The notes under the pieces: generated by a model
The model's input: the letters and a program-made list of their open reading frames with translations, nothing else
Databases searched by the model: none
What the model was told of the DNA's origin: nothing
Assembly (NCBI GenBank): GCA_965202985.1
Contig: CBDBCF010000001.1
Location: 800,001 to 864,000 of the forward strand
Origin: Longimicrobiales bacterium
Lineage (GTDB): Bacteria > Gemmatimonadota > Gemmatimonadetes > Longimicrobiales > Gaopeijiaceae
Direction: 5' to 3'
Length of the DNA: 64,000 nt
Position numbers and translations under genes: made by a program
Shown here: in pieces, positions 20,061 through 28,911 of the stretch
How positions within the stretch are numbered: the first letter of the stretch is position 1
Layout: each line of letters opens with the position of its first letter

Positions 20061-21089
20061 CTAACCCCGCCGCCGGGCCGCCGGCAATCCCTCCACGAAC
20101 TCCACCATCCGCGCTTGCTCGTCCTCGTCCGGCATCCTGCCATGGCCCGCGCCGAGGTTGTCGATCATGTGCCTGGGGTTGCTGGTGGCCGGCGTCACCA
20201 CGGTCACGGCGGGGTGGGCCGCCGCAAACTTCAGGAAGAAGCGCGCCCACGAGTCCGCCCCGAACTCCGTCGCCCACTCGGGCACCGGACGGTCGCCCGC
20301 CCGCTGGAAGAGCCGCGTTCGCCCGAACGGCACGTAGACCAGCACGCCGATCTCGCGCTCCATGGCCAGCGGCAGGATCTCGTCCGCCGCGCTGGTGTTG
20401 TCCACGGCGTAGTCGATGCCGATGAAGTCCAGCGGGTAGTCCCGCATGGCCTGCATCAGGGCTCCGTACTGGCGCTTGCTCGTGGAGGTGATCCCGATGT
20501 AGCGGATTCGCCCCTCGGCCTTGAGCCCTTCCAAGATGCCGACCTGCGTGGGCGGGTCGCCCAGGTTGTGGACCTGGATCAGGTCGATCACGTCCGTGCC
20601 GAAGTGCTCGAAGGACCGCTCGATCTGCGCCCGCGCTCGGTCCGGGTCGGCAGCGCCGCCGCCGCGGCCCGCCACGTTCACCTTGGTTGCCCAGAAGATG
20701 CGGTCGGTCATGCCCAGCTCTCGGGCTATGGAACCGGCCACGGCCTCCGAGTCGCCGTAGCTGGGCGCCGTGTCGAAGACGGTGGCGCCGTTGTCCACGA
20801 ACACGCGGATCACCTCGCTCAAGGCCTCGGTGTCGCCGCTCCCCGCCATCCGACGGAAGGTGGCCGAGCTCCCCAGGCCGATGATCGGCAGCTGCTCGCC
20901 CGTCGAGGGCACGGCCCGCGTGGCCATCTGCTGCGCCCACGAGGACGCGGCGCCGGACGAAGCCGCACCCTTGGAGGCGGTCCCCGCACCGGTCAGGCCG
21001 TCCAGGCCTCGGAGCGCGCGAGGGTGAAACGAAAGGGCCGCACCGGCGGCGGCCGCGGCGGTGCGAAGCCAGTCTCGTCGAGTTGCCAT
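20061..21089 (-). CDS. Aldo/keto reductase with Tat signal
   Basis: 'MATRRDWL'; 'FDTAPSYG', 'ATKV', 'IDLIQVHN', 'GRIRYIGI'. Confidence 0.92.
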   Translation of the reverse strand: MATRRDWLRTAAAAAGAALSFHPRALRGLDGLTGAGTASKGAASSGAASSWAQQMATRAVPSTGEQLPIIGLGSSATFRRMAGSGDTEALSEVIRVFVDNGATVFDTAPSYGDSEAVAGSIARELGMTDRIFWATKVNVAGRGGGAADPDRARAQIERSFEHFGTDVIDLIQVHNLGDPPTQVGILEGLKAEGRIRYIGITSTSKRQYGALMQAMRDYPLDFIGIDYAVDNTSAADEILPLAMEREIGVLVYVPFGRTRLFQRAGDRPVPEWATEFGADSWARFFLKFAAAHPAVTVVTPATSNPRHMIDNLGAGHGRMPDEDEQARMVEFVEGLPAARRRG

Positions 21090-21237
21090 GCCGTCTTCCA
21101 GTCTGTCCTTTGGGTGGCCGTTGTTTCGGGGCAACGCCCCCTTGCGCACGCCAAAGTGGTTCGTCCGCCGAGGCAAGGCAACCCTGCTCGCCGTCCCAGT
21201 GCGAGCCCGGCGGCCGGGCGACGGCGTCCGGGCCCGG

Positions 21238-21653
21238 CTACGGGCGCGGTTCGATCCAGCTCCCGTAGAAGTTGGCCCAGGATACCTGCGACTCCGGGAT
21301 CGTCACTTCCTGGCTTCGGACGTGCATGACCACGCCTTCGGGCACGGCGTTCGCCGGCACTTCCACGGTATAGCTCCAGCCGGCGCGCAGGTTCACGAAC
21401 CGGTACCGACCGGAACCGTTGGTCCGCACCGGGTCCACGGTGCACCGCTCCTTGTCGCTCGCGCCCGGCGCGGCCGACGGATGCCGGCAGCCGCTGGTCA
21501 CCGACACTTGCACGCCGCTCATCGGCTTGCTGCCGACGACGACGTAGCCGGTGATCGCCCGATGTCGCCCGGCGGATCCGTGGGACTGGTGCACGCGGCC
21601 AGTGCGGCCGCGACCAGCCCGGTGAAGGAAAGTGCCTTGATGATCGTCTTCAT
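21238..21653 (-). pseudogene. Frameshifted lipoprotein with carboxypeptidase-regulatory-like/Cna-B-like beta-sandwich
   Basis: Signal plus lipobox 'MKTIIKALSFTGLVAAALAAC' in one frame; 'AITGYVVVGSKPMSGVQVSV...TNGSGRYRFVNL' continues in another; one extra G near 21558-21560 would join them. Confidence 0.7.
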
Positions 21654-21721
21654 TGCGTGGACGCGCTCCTGTGTTCGATTGGCCCCGGCCTGGTGGACGA
21701 GGCCCCCGGCAAGGGGCGGCC

Positions 21722-21798
21722 AAGCTAGCCGGGGGGTGCGACACGCTTCGGACGCGCTCCACGGGGTCGATCGGGACTGTCTCACCCCCCCGTTATTC
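21722..21798. promoter_or_regulatory. Divergent PafBC-type promoter pair
   Basis: Minus strand TGTCGC-N10-TAGCTT (21743-21722); plus strand TGTCTC-N9-TATTCT (21778-21798); 12/13 inverted repeat. Confidence 0.6.
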
Positions 21799-21850
21799 TG
21801 TGGCGGTTTTCGCCATGCATCCGCAGCAGAACGCACGGAGTCGGTCGCAA

Positions 21851-22981
21851 ATGACGGTTCAACCCACGAAGCTTCAGCGCTGGATCGACTTGGTCGCCTA
21901 CTTGGCCAAACGGAGCTTTCCGGTCGAGAAGGCGGACATTTGGAAGAACGTTCCGGCCTACGCGCGCGGCTTGGACGGCACGACCCGTGAGAAGGCCGCC
22001 GTTCGTCGCACCTTCGAGCGCGACAAGGACGAACTGCGTTCCATGGGCGTTCCCATCGAGTCCGTGCCCCACAAGACGGTCTTCGGCATCGAGGAGGTGA
22101 CGGCGTATCGGCTGGCACCCGGCTTCCGGCTTCCGGTCCTTCGGCTGATCAGCGGCGACGACGGTTCCGTCGGCGGCGAACGCCCGCAAACGCGCCGTGC
22201 CCGCCACGACCTGTTCTTCGGGATGTCCAGGGAGGAGGCGGACGCGGCCCTGCGGGGCCTCAAGGAGCTGGCCACATTGCCGGCCTTTCCCTGGGCCGCC
22301 GCCGCCGAGTCCGCCTTTCGCAAGCTGGCCCCGGACCTGGAGCCCGCGGTGCCCGCAGGCACGCCGGTGCTCTACGCGCCCGACCCGGAGGCCGAGGCCA
22401 CGGCCAAGTCGCTGGGCCGACTGTCCACCGCGCTTCGCCGCAGAAAACGAGCGACCTTCAAGTACCGCGGGATGAACCGCGCTGAGGAGACCGACCGTCG
22501 CGTGCGCCCCTACGGACTCCTCTTCGAGCACGGACGCTGGTACCTGCTGGGGCACGACGAAGACCGCGACGACCTCCGGGTATTTCGGATTGGGCGCATG
22601 AGCCGCGTCGCCGCCAACGCCAAGTCGCCGGGAAAACCGGACTTCCGCATTCCCGCCGACTTCGACCTGCGCGACTACTCCGGTCGCAAGGCTTGGGAGA
22701 TGGGGGACGCCGAGACTGAACCGGAGGACGCCGACGTGCTGTTCAGCTTTCCGCGATCCGCGTGGGCGGAGCGGAACGGGCTGGGAGAGCTGCTGGAAGC
22801 AAGATCGTGCGGCGCCCAAGTCCGACGCTTCCGAGTTCGCAACCGAAATTCGTTTCTGCGCTGGGTCCTGAGTCTCTTGGGAGAAGCTCGAATCGTGGCG
22901 CCGGTGGGCACGCGCGAGGAGTTCCGCGAAATGGCCCAGTCGGTTTTGAGCATCTACGAAGGAGGGCGTGGCGATGAGTGA
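21851..22981 (+). CDS. WYL-domain transcriptional regulator (PafB-like)
   Basis: 'RRTFERDKDELRSMGVPI' HTH; 'RRVRPYGL..EHGRWYLLGHD..R..LRVFRIGRM'. Confidence 0.92.
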   Translation: MTVQPTKLQRWIDLVAYLAKRSFPVEKADIWKNVPAYARGLDGTTREKAAVRRTFERDKDELRSMGVPIESVPHKTVFGIEEVTAYRLAPGFRLPVLRLISGDDGSVGGERPQTRRARHDLFFGMSREEADAALRGLKELATLPAFPWAAAAESAFRKLAPDLEPAVPAGTPVLYAPDPEAEATAKSLGRLSTALRRRKRATFKYRGMNRAEETDRRVRPYGLLFEHGRWYLLGHDEDRDDLRVFRIGRMSRVAANAKSPGKPDFRIPADFDLRDYSGRKAWEMGDAETEPEDADVLFSFPRSAWAERNGLGELLEARSCGAQVRRFRVRNRNSFLRWVLSLLGEARIVAPVGTREEFREMAQSVLSIYEGGRGDE

Positions 22982-23984
22982 CGGCACCTCGGCACGCGAC
23001 CGCTTCGAGCGCTTGGCCCACGTCGTTTCCCGGTCGAGCCGGCCGGAGGGCGCGGATCTGGCTGGCCTGGCTCGCGACTTGGGCGCCACGGAAGAGCGGA
23101 TCCTGGAAGACCTGCGGGAGCTGACCACGCGCGACGAGTATCGACCGGGCGGTTGGCCGGGTGACATCCGCGTGTTCGTCGAGGCGGGGCGGGTCCTGGT
23201 CGAGCACACCAGCTTCATGGAGCGGCCGTTTCGACTGACGAACCGCGAGACCGTCTGTCTGGCGCTGGCGCTCAGCGGCATCATGACGGCTCCGACCAGC
23301 GACGACCCCGAGCGCGGCGGCGACGGCAGCCAGTCTACCGGTTGGGACTCCTTCCTGCGCCGCGCGGAGCAGCAGCTAGGCCAGGACGCGGCGGTCGAGG
23401 CCGCGCCCAACTTGGCGATCCCCAACCGAACCCACGAGGAGCGGAGCATCCGCGCAACCTTGAAGGCTGCCGCCTACGAGCGCCGCCCCTGCGCGATCCG
23501 CTACTTGAAGCCCGGCGCCCAAGAGCCTTCGGACCGCGTGATCCACCCGTATCTGGTGCTCTATTCCGAGGAGACGTGGTACGCGGTGGCCTACTGCACC
23601 GACAGCGACGAGGTGCGGGTCTTTCGGCTCGACCGGACGCTGTCGGCCGAACACCGCGAAGGCGTCTTCGAAGTGCCCGACCCCTTCGACGCCGATGCGC
23701 TTGCCCAGTCGGGTCCCGAAGGCTGGATGCTCGCGTCCGCCGGCGAAGAGGCCCTGGTGCGCTATTCGCGCAAGCTTGCCCCCTGGGCCAGGGAACGCGC
23801 GTCATACCGCAGCCAGTCCTTGAAAGAGCACGACGACGGAAGCGTCACCGTGCGGCACCGCGTCGTGGACCCCTTGTGGCTTGCGACCCACGTCCTGCTG
23901 TACGGCGTCCACGCCGAAGTGCTCAAGCCCCAGAGCCTGCGCGACTTGGTGGCCGGCACGGTCCGCGAGATCGCGACTGCTTAA
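22974..23984 (+). CDS. WYL-domain transcriptional regulator (PafC-like)
   Basis: N-terminal HTH, 'RPFRLT..E', 'RVIHPY...WYAVAYC...VRVFRLDR'; overlaps the PafB-like stop. Confidence 0.9.
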   Translation: MSDGTSARDRFERLAHVVSRSSRPEGADLAGLARDLGATEERILEDLRELTTRDEYRPGGWPGDIRVFVEAGRVLVEHTSFMERPFRLTNRETVCLALALSGIMTAPTSDDPERGGDGSQSTGWDSFLRRAEQQLGQDAAVEAAPNLAIPNRTHEERSIRATLKAAAYERRPCAIRYLKPGAQEPSDRVIHPYLVLYSEETWYAVAYCTDSDEVRVFRLDRTLSAEHREGVFEVPDPFDADALAQSGPEGWMLASAGEEALVRYSRKLAPWARERASYRSQSLKEHDDGSVTVRHRVVDPLWLATHVLLYGVHAEVLKPQSLRDLVAGTVREIATA

Positions 23985-24023
23985 GGGCGGCGACTCGACC
24001 GTCGTCGGCGCCTGGGCTCAAGC

Positions 24024-24844
24024 CTATGCGCGCGGCGTCGCGCCCGACAACCGTTGCCGGTATCGATCAAGGTCGTCCGTAGTGACGGATTCGGGCGACA
24101 TCAGCCGATAGTGCCTCTCGGCGACGATCCCGATGTCGCCTCCGCATTCCTCGAATTCGAACATGGCAATCCGCCCGTCCGCCATGAACTGCGTCCCGAC
24201 AGGCCGGCAGACAAGCGAGGGCATCTTGTCCGCACAGAGGGCCATGTCTTGCTCGATTTGGACTCGACTCAACCTGTCGCTGTCGCTTTTGGCCTGCACG
24301 GGGATCACATAGTGGCAACCTATCTTGTCCACGCCCACGTACACCTCGTCCGTATCGACTTGCCCGAGACCGGCCACGGTCGTACGCAGGTGATTCTGAA
24401 GCGACCAGCACGCGATTCCCAGGAAAACGTCGATCAGCCTGTTGTACCGGACACGGGCCAATACTGCTTGTTCGTCGCCGAACGCATACTTCTCGATAAG
24501 CCCTGGGGTCGAATCGGGAATCCGTGTGACCGATAGGTTTAGGTTGGGCGCCAATGGAGTGTCGGAGACCAATGCAAAGCGATACTTGGCCCGGCCAGCC
24601 GACCGAATGATCCACGTCTTCCCCTCCGGCGCGGAAGCCAGAACGCTGGAAGGCAGTTCGGCGCGATATCGGAAGCTGTACAGCACGTCGCCCAGGTTCT
24701 TCGGCTCTTCGGCAAGGCTATGTCCAGTTGGCGCGCAGATTTCACTAGGTCTTCCCGCTCGAAGTCCACCGCGGTCGCGCCTGGCGCGTGCTTGTCCGAA
24801 AACACGGCTTCGATGATGGCGGCGTAGCGGCTCGCGGCCGTCAT
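24024..24844 (-). pseudogene. Putative restriction endonuclease frameshifted by an 8-bp tandem duplication
   Basis: ATG 24844 overlaps the MTase TGA; TCTTCGGC x2 at 24698-24713 splits 'LPK|NLGDVLYSFRYR'; 'DTDEVY...VQAK' PD-(D/E)xK-like motif. Confidence 0.8.
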
Positions 24845-26184
24845 TCGGCCCCTGTTTGTCCTGGCCACTCCAACAAGACCACTTCTTCTCGGAGCTGATC
24901 GCCGGTCGCCGTTGAAAGCCTGGTTCTGAACAGATCGATCCCTACGACCTTGTAGCCCAGGGACGACGCCACCTCGGCAAGGAGTTGCCCGGTGCGGATC
25001 ATGATTCGAAGGTAGGATGCTTGGTCGCCAACGACATACGCGAGCTTGGCGCCCGGCTTGAGCACGGGACGGAGAGACGCGAGGTGTCGTGTCATTCCTC
25101 CGAAGTACAGCTTCGTGACTCGCGAGTACATGCGCTCGAACCCCGACGTCTTGCCTAGGTCCACACGTCTGCGCTCGATTGCGTCCGCTATGTGCCTAAC
25201 CTTTGCATTGTCTTCCACTTCGCGGTCGTCGGTGTCCGCCTTGTACACGCCACGCGTGTTCGATCGAATCATGCCTTGCTTGAGTCGTCGCAACTCCACC
25301 TTGCTACGGATCAATCCGAGAACCACCGACTCCAACCGAGTTGTTCGGGTGTAGTCCTTTTCGTTTGGATACGGCGGGGACGTGATCACCGCGTCCACCG
25401 AGCCGGGCTCCAGTACGTCGTTCGCCGCTCGAGCGTCGGAACGAATCGCCCGTGCATCCACATTGGCGCGATCTGCAAGAGCGTGCAGGTCGTTGGCCAT
25501 GGCGACCATGCGCTCGAACCATGCATCGACCACGGTCGCGTCTTCCTTGACGCGTCCGACGCCAACCTCGGGACCGAACTTCAGGTTGCCGACGTCGCGG
25601 ACCAATGATGTGGCCAGGGCCAGTCTCCCGTAGGACTGCAATCGACTTGAACCGCGACGGTCGATTTCGCCCAGGAGCGCCAAGGTCTTGTGCAGGGGCA
25701 TCGGGCTGATGGAATTCTTCACCAGCAACGCCTCTTGTTCCGGTGGTAGATTCGCAAGCGGCACGCGCGGATTCTTGTTCTTGCCAAAGAGGGGGAGCTT
25801 CGCCAGGTCGTCGATTCCCTGCTTCCGCAGACGCGTGTGAGCTGCGGTCGCGGCTTCCTCGGCGTAGCGCAGAAGCTCGTCGCGGCGTCCTTGCCAATCC
25901 ACCTTGACCGAACTTGCAAAGTGCGCCATCGGGCTCGCCTCGACTCCGATGCTTCGAACCCCGAGCTTCCTGCATTCGACCAAGGTCGTGCCAGTGCCGC
26001 AGAAAGGGTCCAAGACCGTGGCGCGCGGCCCGACGTCGAACCGATCGAGGTAGTCGCGGACCAAGTGCGGCGGAAACGACAAGACGAACCGATACCAATC
26101 GTGCACGGCCCGGTCGCTTGGCCGGAGCTTGTTGGGATCGCCGCTGCTCGCGGGGACGCGGGCGCTAGTCGCTTGCGGCGCCAT
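24841..26184 (-). CDS. Amino DNA methyltransferase, probably N4-cytosine
   Basis: Motif I 'LDPFCGTGTT' before motif IV 'TSPPY'; visibly lower GC than flanks. Confidence 0.9.
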   Translation of the reverse strand: MAPQATSARVPASSGDPNKLRPSDRAVHDWYRFVLSFPPHLVRDYLDRFDVGPRATVLDPFCGTGTTLVECRKLGVRSIGVEASPMAHFASSVKVDWQGRRDELLRYAEEAATAAHTRLRKQGIDDLAKLPLFGKNKNPRVPLANLPPEQEALLVKNSISPMPLHKTLALLGEIDRRGSSRLQSYGRLALATSLVRDVGNLKFGPEVGVGRVKEDATVVDAWFERMVAMANDLHALADRANVDARAIRSDARAANDVLEPGSVDAVITSPPYPNEKDYTRTTRLESVVLGLIRSKVELRRLKQGMIRSNTRGVYKADTDDREVEDNAKVRHIADAIERRRVDLGKTSGFERMYSRVTKLYFGGMTRHLASLRPVLKPGAKLAYVVGDQASYLRIMIRTGQLLAEVASSLGYKVVGIDLFRTRLSTATGDQLREEVVLLEWPGQTGAE

Positions 26185-26199
26185 CGCAGCCTTCGTGGC

Positions 26200-27252
26200 C
26201 TAGTTGAATTCGGTGCCGCCCTTTCTGACGCGGAAGGCGTCGCTCACCCACTTTGCGATCGGGCGCTCCACCGGATCGCCGACACTCCAAGAGGCGTCGC
26301 GAAGACGCATGACCACGCCCTCCCGGACGTGCTTGCCCCCGAAGGTCGTGGCGCCGGACACGTACTTCTCGGCGGCCGGCCAGTCCTCCACCACGCCCAA
26401 GACCGGGACCGTGCCGGGGCCGTCGTGGGCCGACGCGGTCGCTTCCACTTCCGGCCAAGGCAAATAGCGGGGGCCGATGCGCACGTCAAAGGCGCGAAAG
26501 CCGGGGTTCGGCAGGTCGTAGTGCAGGTCCTGCACGCCGCGACCGAAGATCTCGCCCAGGAGATAGTACGGCGTTCCCGTCTCCCGGTGATGCCCCAGGA
26601 CGGACATCAGCCATTCCTCCCAGACGCGGAACGCGCGCACGTACAGGTTGCCGGCGTTCTCTTCGACGAGGCGGAAGGCCAGGCCGCGCCCGCTCACGCC
26701 CTTGGAGCTCACGATGTCGCCGAAGTCGGGGTGCCAGCCCATGCAGCACCAAGTGCCGTGGAGCTTCTCGGTCACGACGACCGGCGTCTCGCTAGGCAGC
26801 AGCTCGGGGTAGCGAAGGATGCTGTCGATGTCGTACTTGACCGTCCCGCCCTGCGCCGAAAAGACCTGTCCGCCCATGCTCACCGGGATCGGCGGCTCGT
26901 ACTTCACCAAGCCAAGGAGCTCGGTTACGTCGTCGCCCTCGGCCAGGTCCGCGTCCGCCAGCCGGCCAATCCCCAGCGGGTGAAGCAGCCCGCCGGACAC
27001 GACGCCGCGCAGCTTGATCGCCTTGACCCGGTTTTTCTTCTTGCCGGCCAGCTTGCCGACCAGGCCCAGCAGTTCGAGCACGTCGTCGGGCACGATCGCG
27101 GCCTCCGGGATGTAGGCGGCCAAATCGCCGCTTCGGTACTTTCCCTTCGGGACGATCACGGTCACCTCGTTGACCTTGCCGATCTCCAGGATGTCCGCGT
27201 TGGGATGCTCTTCGATCCCGACCCGAACCACGTTCGCCGCAAACTCCGCCAT
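26200..27252 (-). CDS. ATP-dependent RNA ligase, DRB0094 family
   Basis: N-terminal 'HPNAD.LE' module; motif I 'TEKLHGT', 'GEIFGRGVQ', 'FRAFD', 'REGVV', 'IAK'; AGGAGG RBS. Confidence 0.9.
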   Translation of the reverse strand: MAEFAANVVRVGIEEHPNADILEIGKVNEVTVIVPKGKYRSGDLAAYIPEAAIVPDDVLELLGLVGKLAGKKKNRVKAIKLRGVVSGGLLHPLGIGRLADADLAEGDDVTELLGLVKYEPPIPVSMGGQVFSAQGGTVKYDIDSILRYPELLPSETPVVVTEKLHGTWCCMGWHPDFGDIVSSKGVSGRGLAFRLVEENAGNLYVRAFRVWEEWLMSVLGHHRETGTPYYLLGEIFGRGVQDLHYDLPNPGFRAFDVRIGPRYLPWPEVEATASAHDGPGTVPVLGVVEDWPAAEKYVSGATTFGGKHVREGVVMRLRDASWSVGDPVERPIAKWVSDAFRVRKGGTEFN

Positions 27253-27346
27253 CTCGGTTCCTCCTGTGGGGGATTAGGGTTGCGCTACGGGGATTGCAAC
27301 TTCGCGGATTCGAGCCGGGCGTCAAGCCTTCCGGCGCAGGACCGGT

Positions 27347-27526
27347 TCATTCTCGGTTGTGGTACCCCGTGCGGGCTCCGCCCAACGGGTGCGACAGCGT
27401 GTAGCGCGGCTTCACGTCCACGCCGAGCTCCTTCAGCTCCCGCTCGAGCTTCCGGTACGCGGACACAACCTTGGTGTCGATTTTCGGGTTTGTCGCGATC
27501 ACCTTTTTGCGGTCGATTTTGGCCAT
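27347..27526 (-). CDS. Small basic hypothetical protein (59 aa)
   Basis: 'MAKIDRKKVIATNPKIDTKVVSAYRKLERELKELG'; composition unlike a shadow ORF. Confidence 0.65.
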   Translation of the reverse strand: MAKIDRKKVIATNPKIDTKVVSAYRKLERELKELGVDVKPRYTLSHPLGGARTGYHNRE

Positions 27527-27565
27527 GTTCACCGTCGAGGCACAAGTCATTTCGCGTCGCCCGTT

Positions 27566-28711
27566 TCAACCCCACGGCGCCGAGTCGATCCCCGGCACCA
27601 GCTTCACTGCGTTCTGGTAGTAGATCTTCCGCAGGACTTCGTCGGGCAGGTCCAGGCCGTACATCTGCCAAAAGGCGTGGTAGCGGCGGTAGTAGTCGAA
27701 GTAGTCGTCGTCGGTTTCGAAGACGCGGAAATAGGTGTGGAACTCTTCCTTGTTGTAGGCGTCCTTGCCCATGAGGACGCGGTCCTGGTAGCGGATCAGC
27801 CATTGGCGGGCGAAGCGGGGCTGGCGGCCCAGCTCGTGCACGACGGCGCCCAGGCCCACGTACATGTTCGGGATCTCGTCCAGCACGCGGCCCAGGCGCG
27901 CCAAGTCGTTGCCCAGCCAGCCCAAGTGAGCGGCGATGAAGTTGGTGCTGGGGTGCGCCCGGAACATGTCGTGCTGCTCGGCGATGATCTCTTCGAAGGG
28001 CGGAAACGCCCCCGGCGGCCGAATTCGGCGCGGGCGCAGCTTGAGCTCCAGCCAACGCTCGTTGAAGCGGTCGTGGGGCTGCCAGAACTCGGCGGGGTCG
28101 GCGGAGTGGATGAGGACGGGGATCCCCAGCTCGCCGGCCTTGTCCCAGAGCGGGGCCAAGCGGGGGTCGTTCACGGGGATGCGCTCGCCGTTCACGTCAC
28201 GGTTGGTCATTCCCAGGCCCTTGAAGATCTTGAGTCCTGCGGCGCCGGCGTTCGCGTCCGCCTCCAGCTGGGCCGCCGCCCGTTGCCCCCAACCGGGCTG
28301 GCCGACGCCTCGAAAGTCGGTATTGGCGAAGAAGACGAAGCGACCGGGATGGCGGCCCGCCATCTTGGCCAGCCCTTCGACCAGTGCGGCCCCGCTCCGG
28401 CCCGAGAGGTTGACCATGACCGCCATGTTGAGTTCGTCCATCTCCGCCACCAGCTGGTCTACGTCCGCGTGCGACATGCGGGCCGCGTTCTGGTGGCCGT
28501 GGATGTCCACGAAGGGGAAGCGCGCCCGTGTCAGCGGGTTCTCGGGAACCACCAGCGTGCTGCGGGGCTGGTAATCCTCCACCGTCATCTCTTGGGCGGA
28601 CGCGGCCAGCGGCGGAACGAGCACCGTCCCCTGCGCCGCCAGGACGCAAGCCAGGGCCGCCAGCGCCTGATTGCCGGTTGCAGTCCGTCTTGGTCCCCGA
28701 TGCTTGCTCAC
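27566..28711 (-). CDS. Secreted amidohydrolase family protein (Amidohydro_2)
   Basis: 'VDIHGH', 'GLKIFK', 'PVLIHSAD', 'FIAAH', 'DRVLMGKD'; start approximate. Confidence 0.88.
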   Translation of the reverse strand: MSKHRGPRRTATGNQALAALACVLAAQGTVLVPPLAASAQEMTVEDYQPRSTLVVPENPLTRARFPFVDIHGHQNAARMSHADVDQLVAEMDELNMAVMVNLSGRSGAALVEGLAKMAGRHPGRFVFFANTDFRGVGQPGWGQRAAAQLEADANAGAAGLKIFKGLGMTNRDVNGERIPVNDPRLAPLWDKAGELGIPVLIHSADPAEFWQPHDRFNERWLELKLRPRRIRPPGAFPPFEEIIAEQHDMFRAHPSTNFIAAHLGWLGNDLARLGRVLDEIPNMYVGLGAVVHELGRQPRFARQWLIRYQDRVLMGKDAYNKEEFHTYFRVFETDDDYFDYYRRYHAFWQMYGLDLPDEVLRKIYYQNAVKLVPGIDSAPWG

Positions 28712-28825
28712 CGCGTGTCGTCCTCCCTCGTTGTTGCGCCATAAGACCAGGATCAAGCAACGCTTTCCAGGTCGCGAAATCGGGCCGGGTTCAACACCGC
28801 CAAGTTGCGAACCGGCACCGCCCGC
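28705..28825. repeat. Degenerate direct copy of the methyltransferase 3' end (30186-30305)
   Basis: Identical TGCTCACCGCGTGTCG at 28705 and 30186; CACCGCCAAGyTGCGAACC at 28795 and 30273. Confidence 0.85.
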
Positions 28826-28911
28826 TACTCTACCAACCGAGCTGCCGGCTCCCAAAGCTAACCAACGCGTTTCGCCCGTGCCCAAAGCCCGGCACCCCGA
28901 GCAGACGCCCT

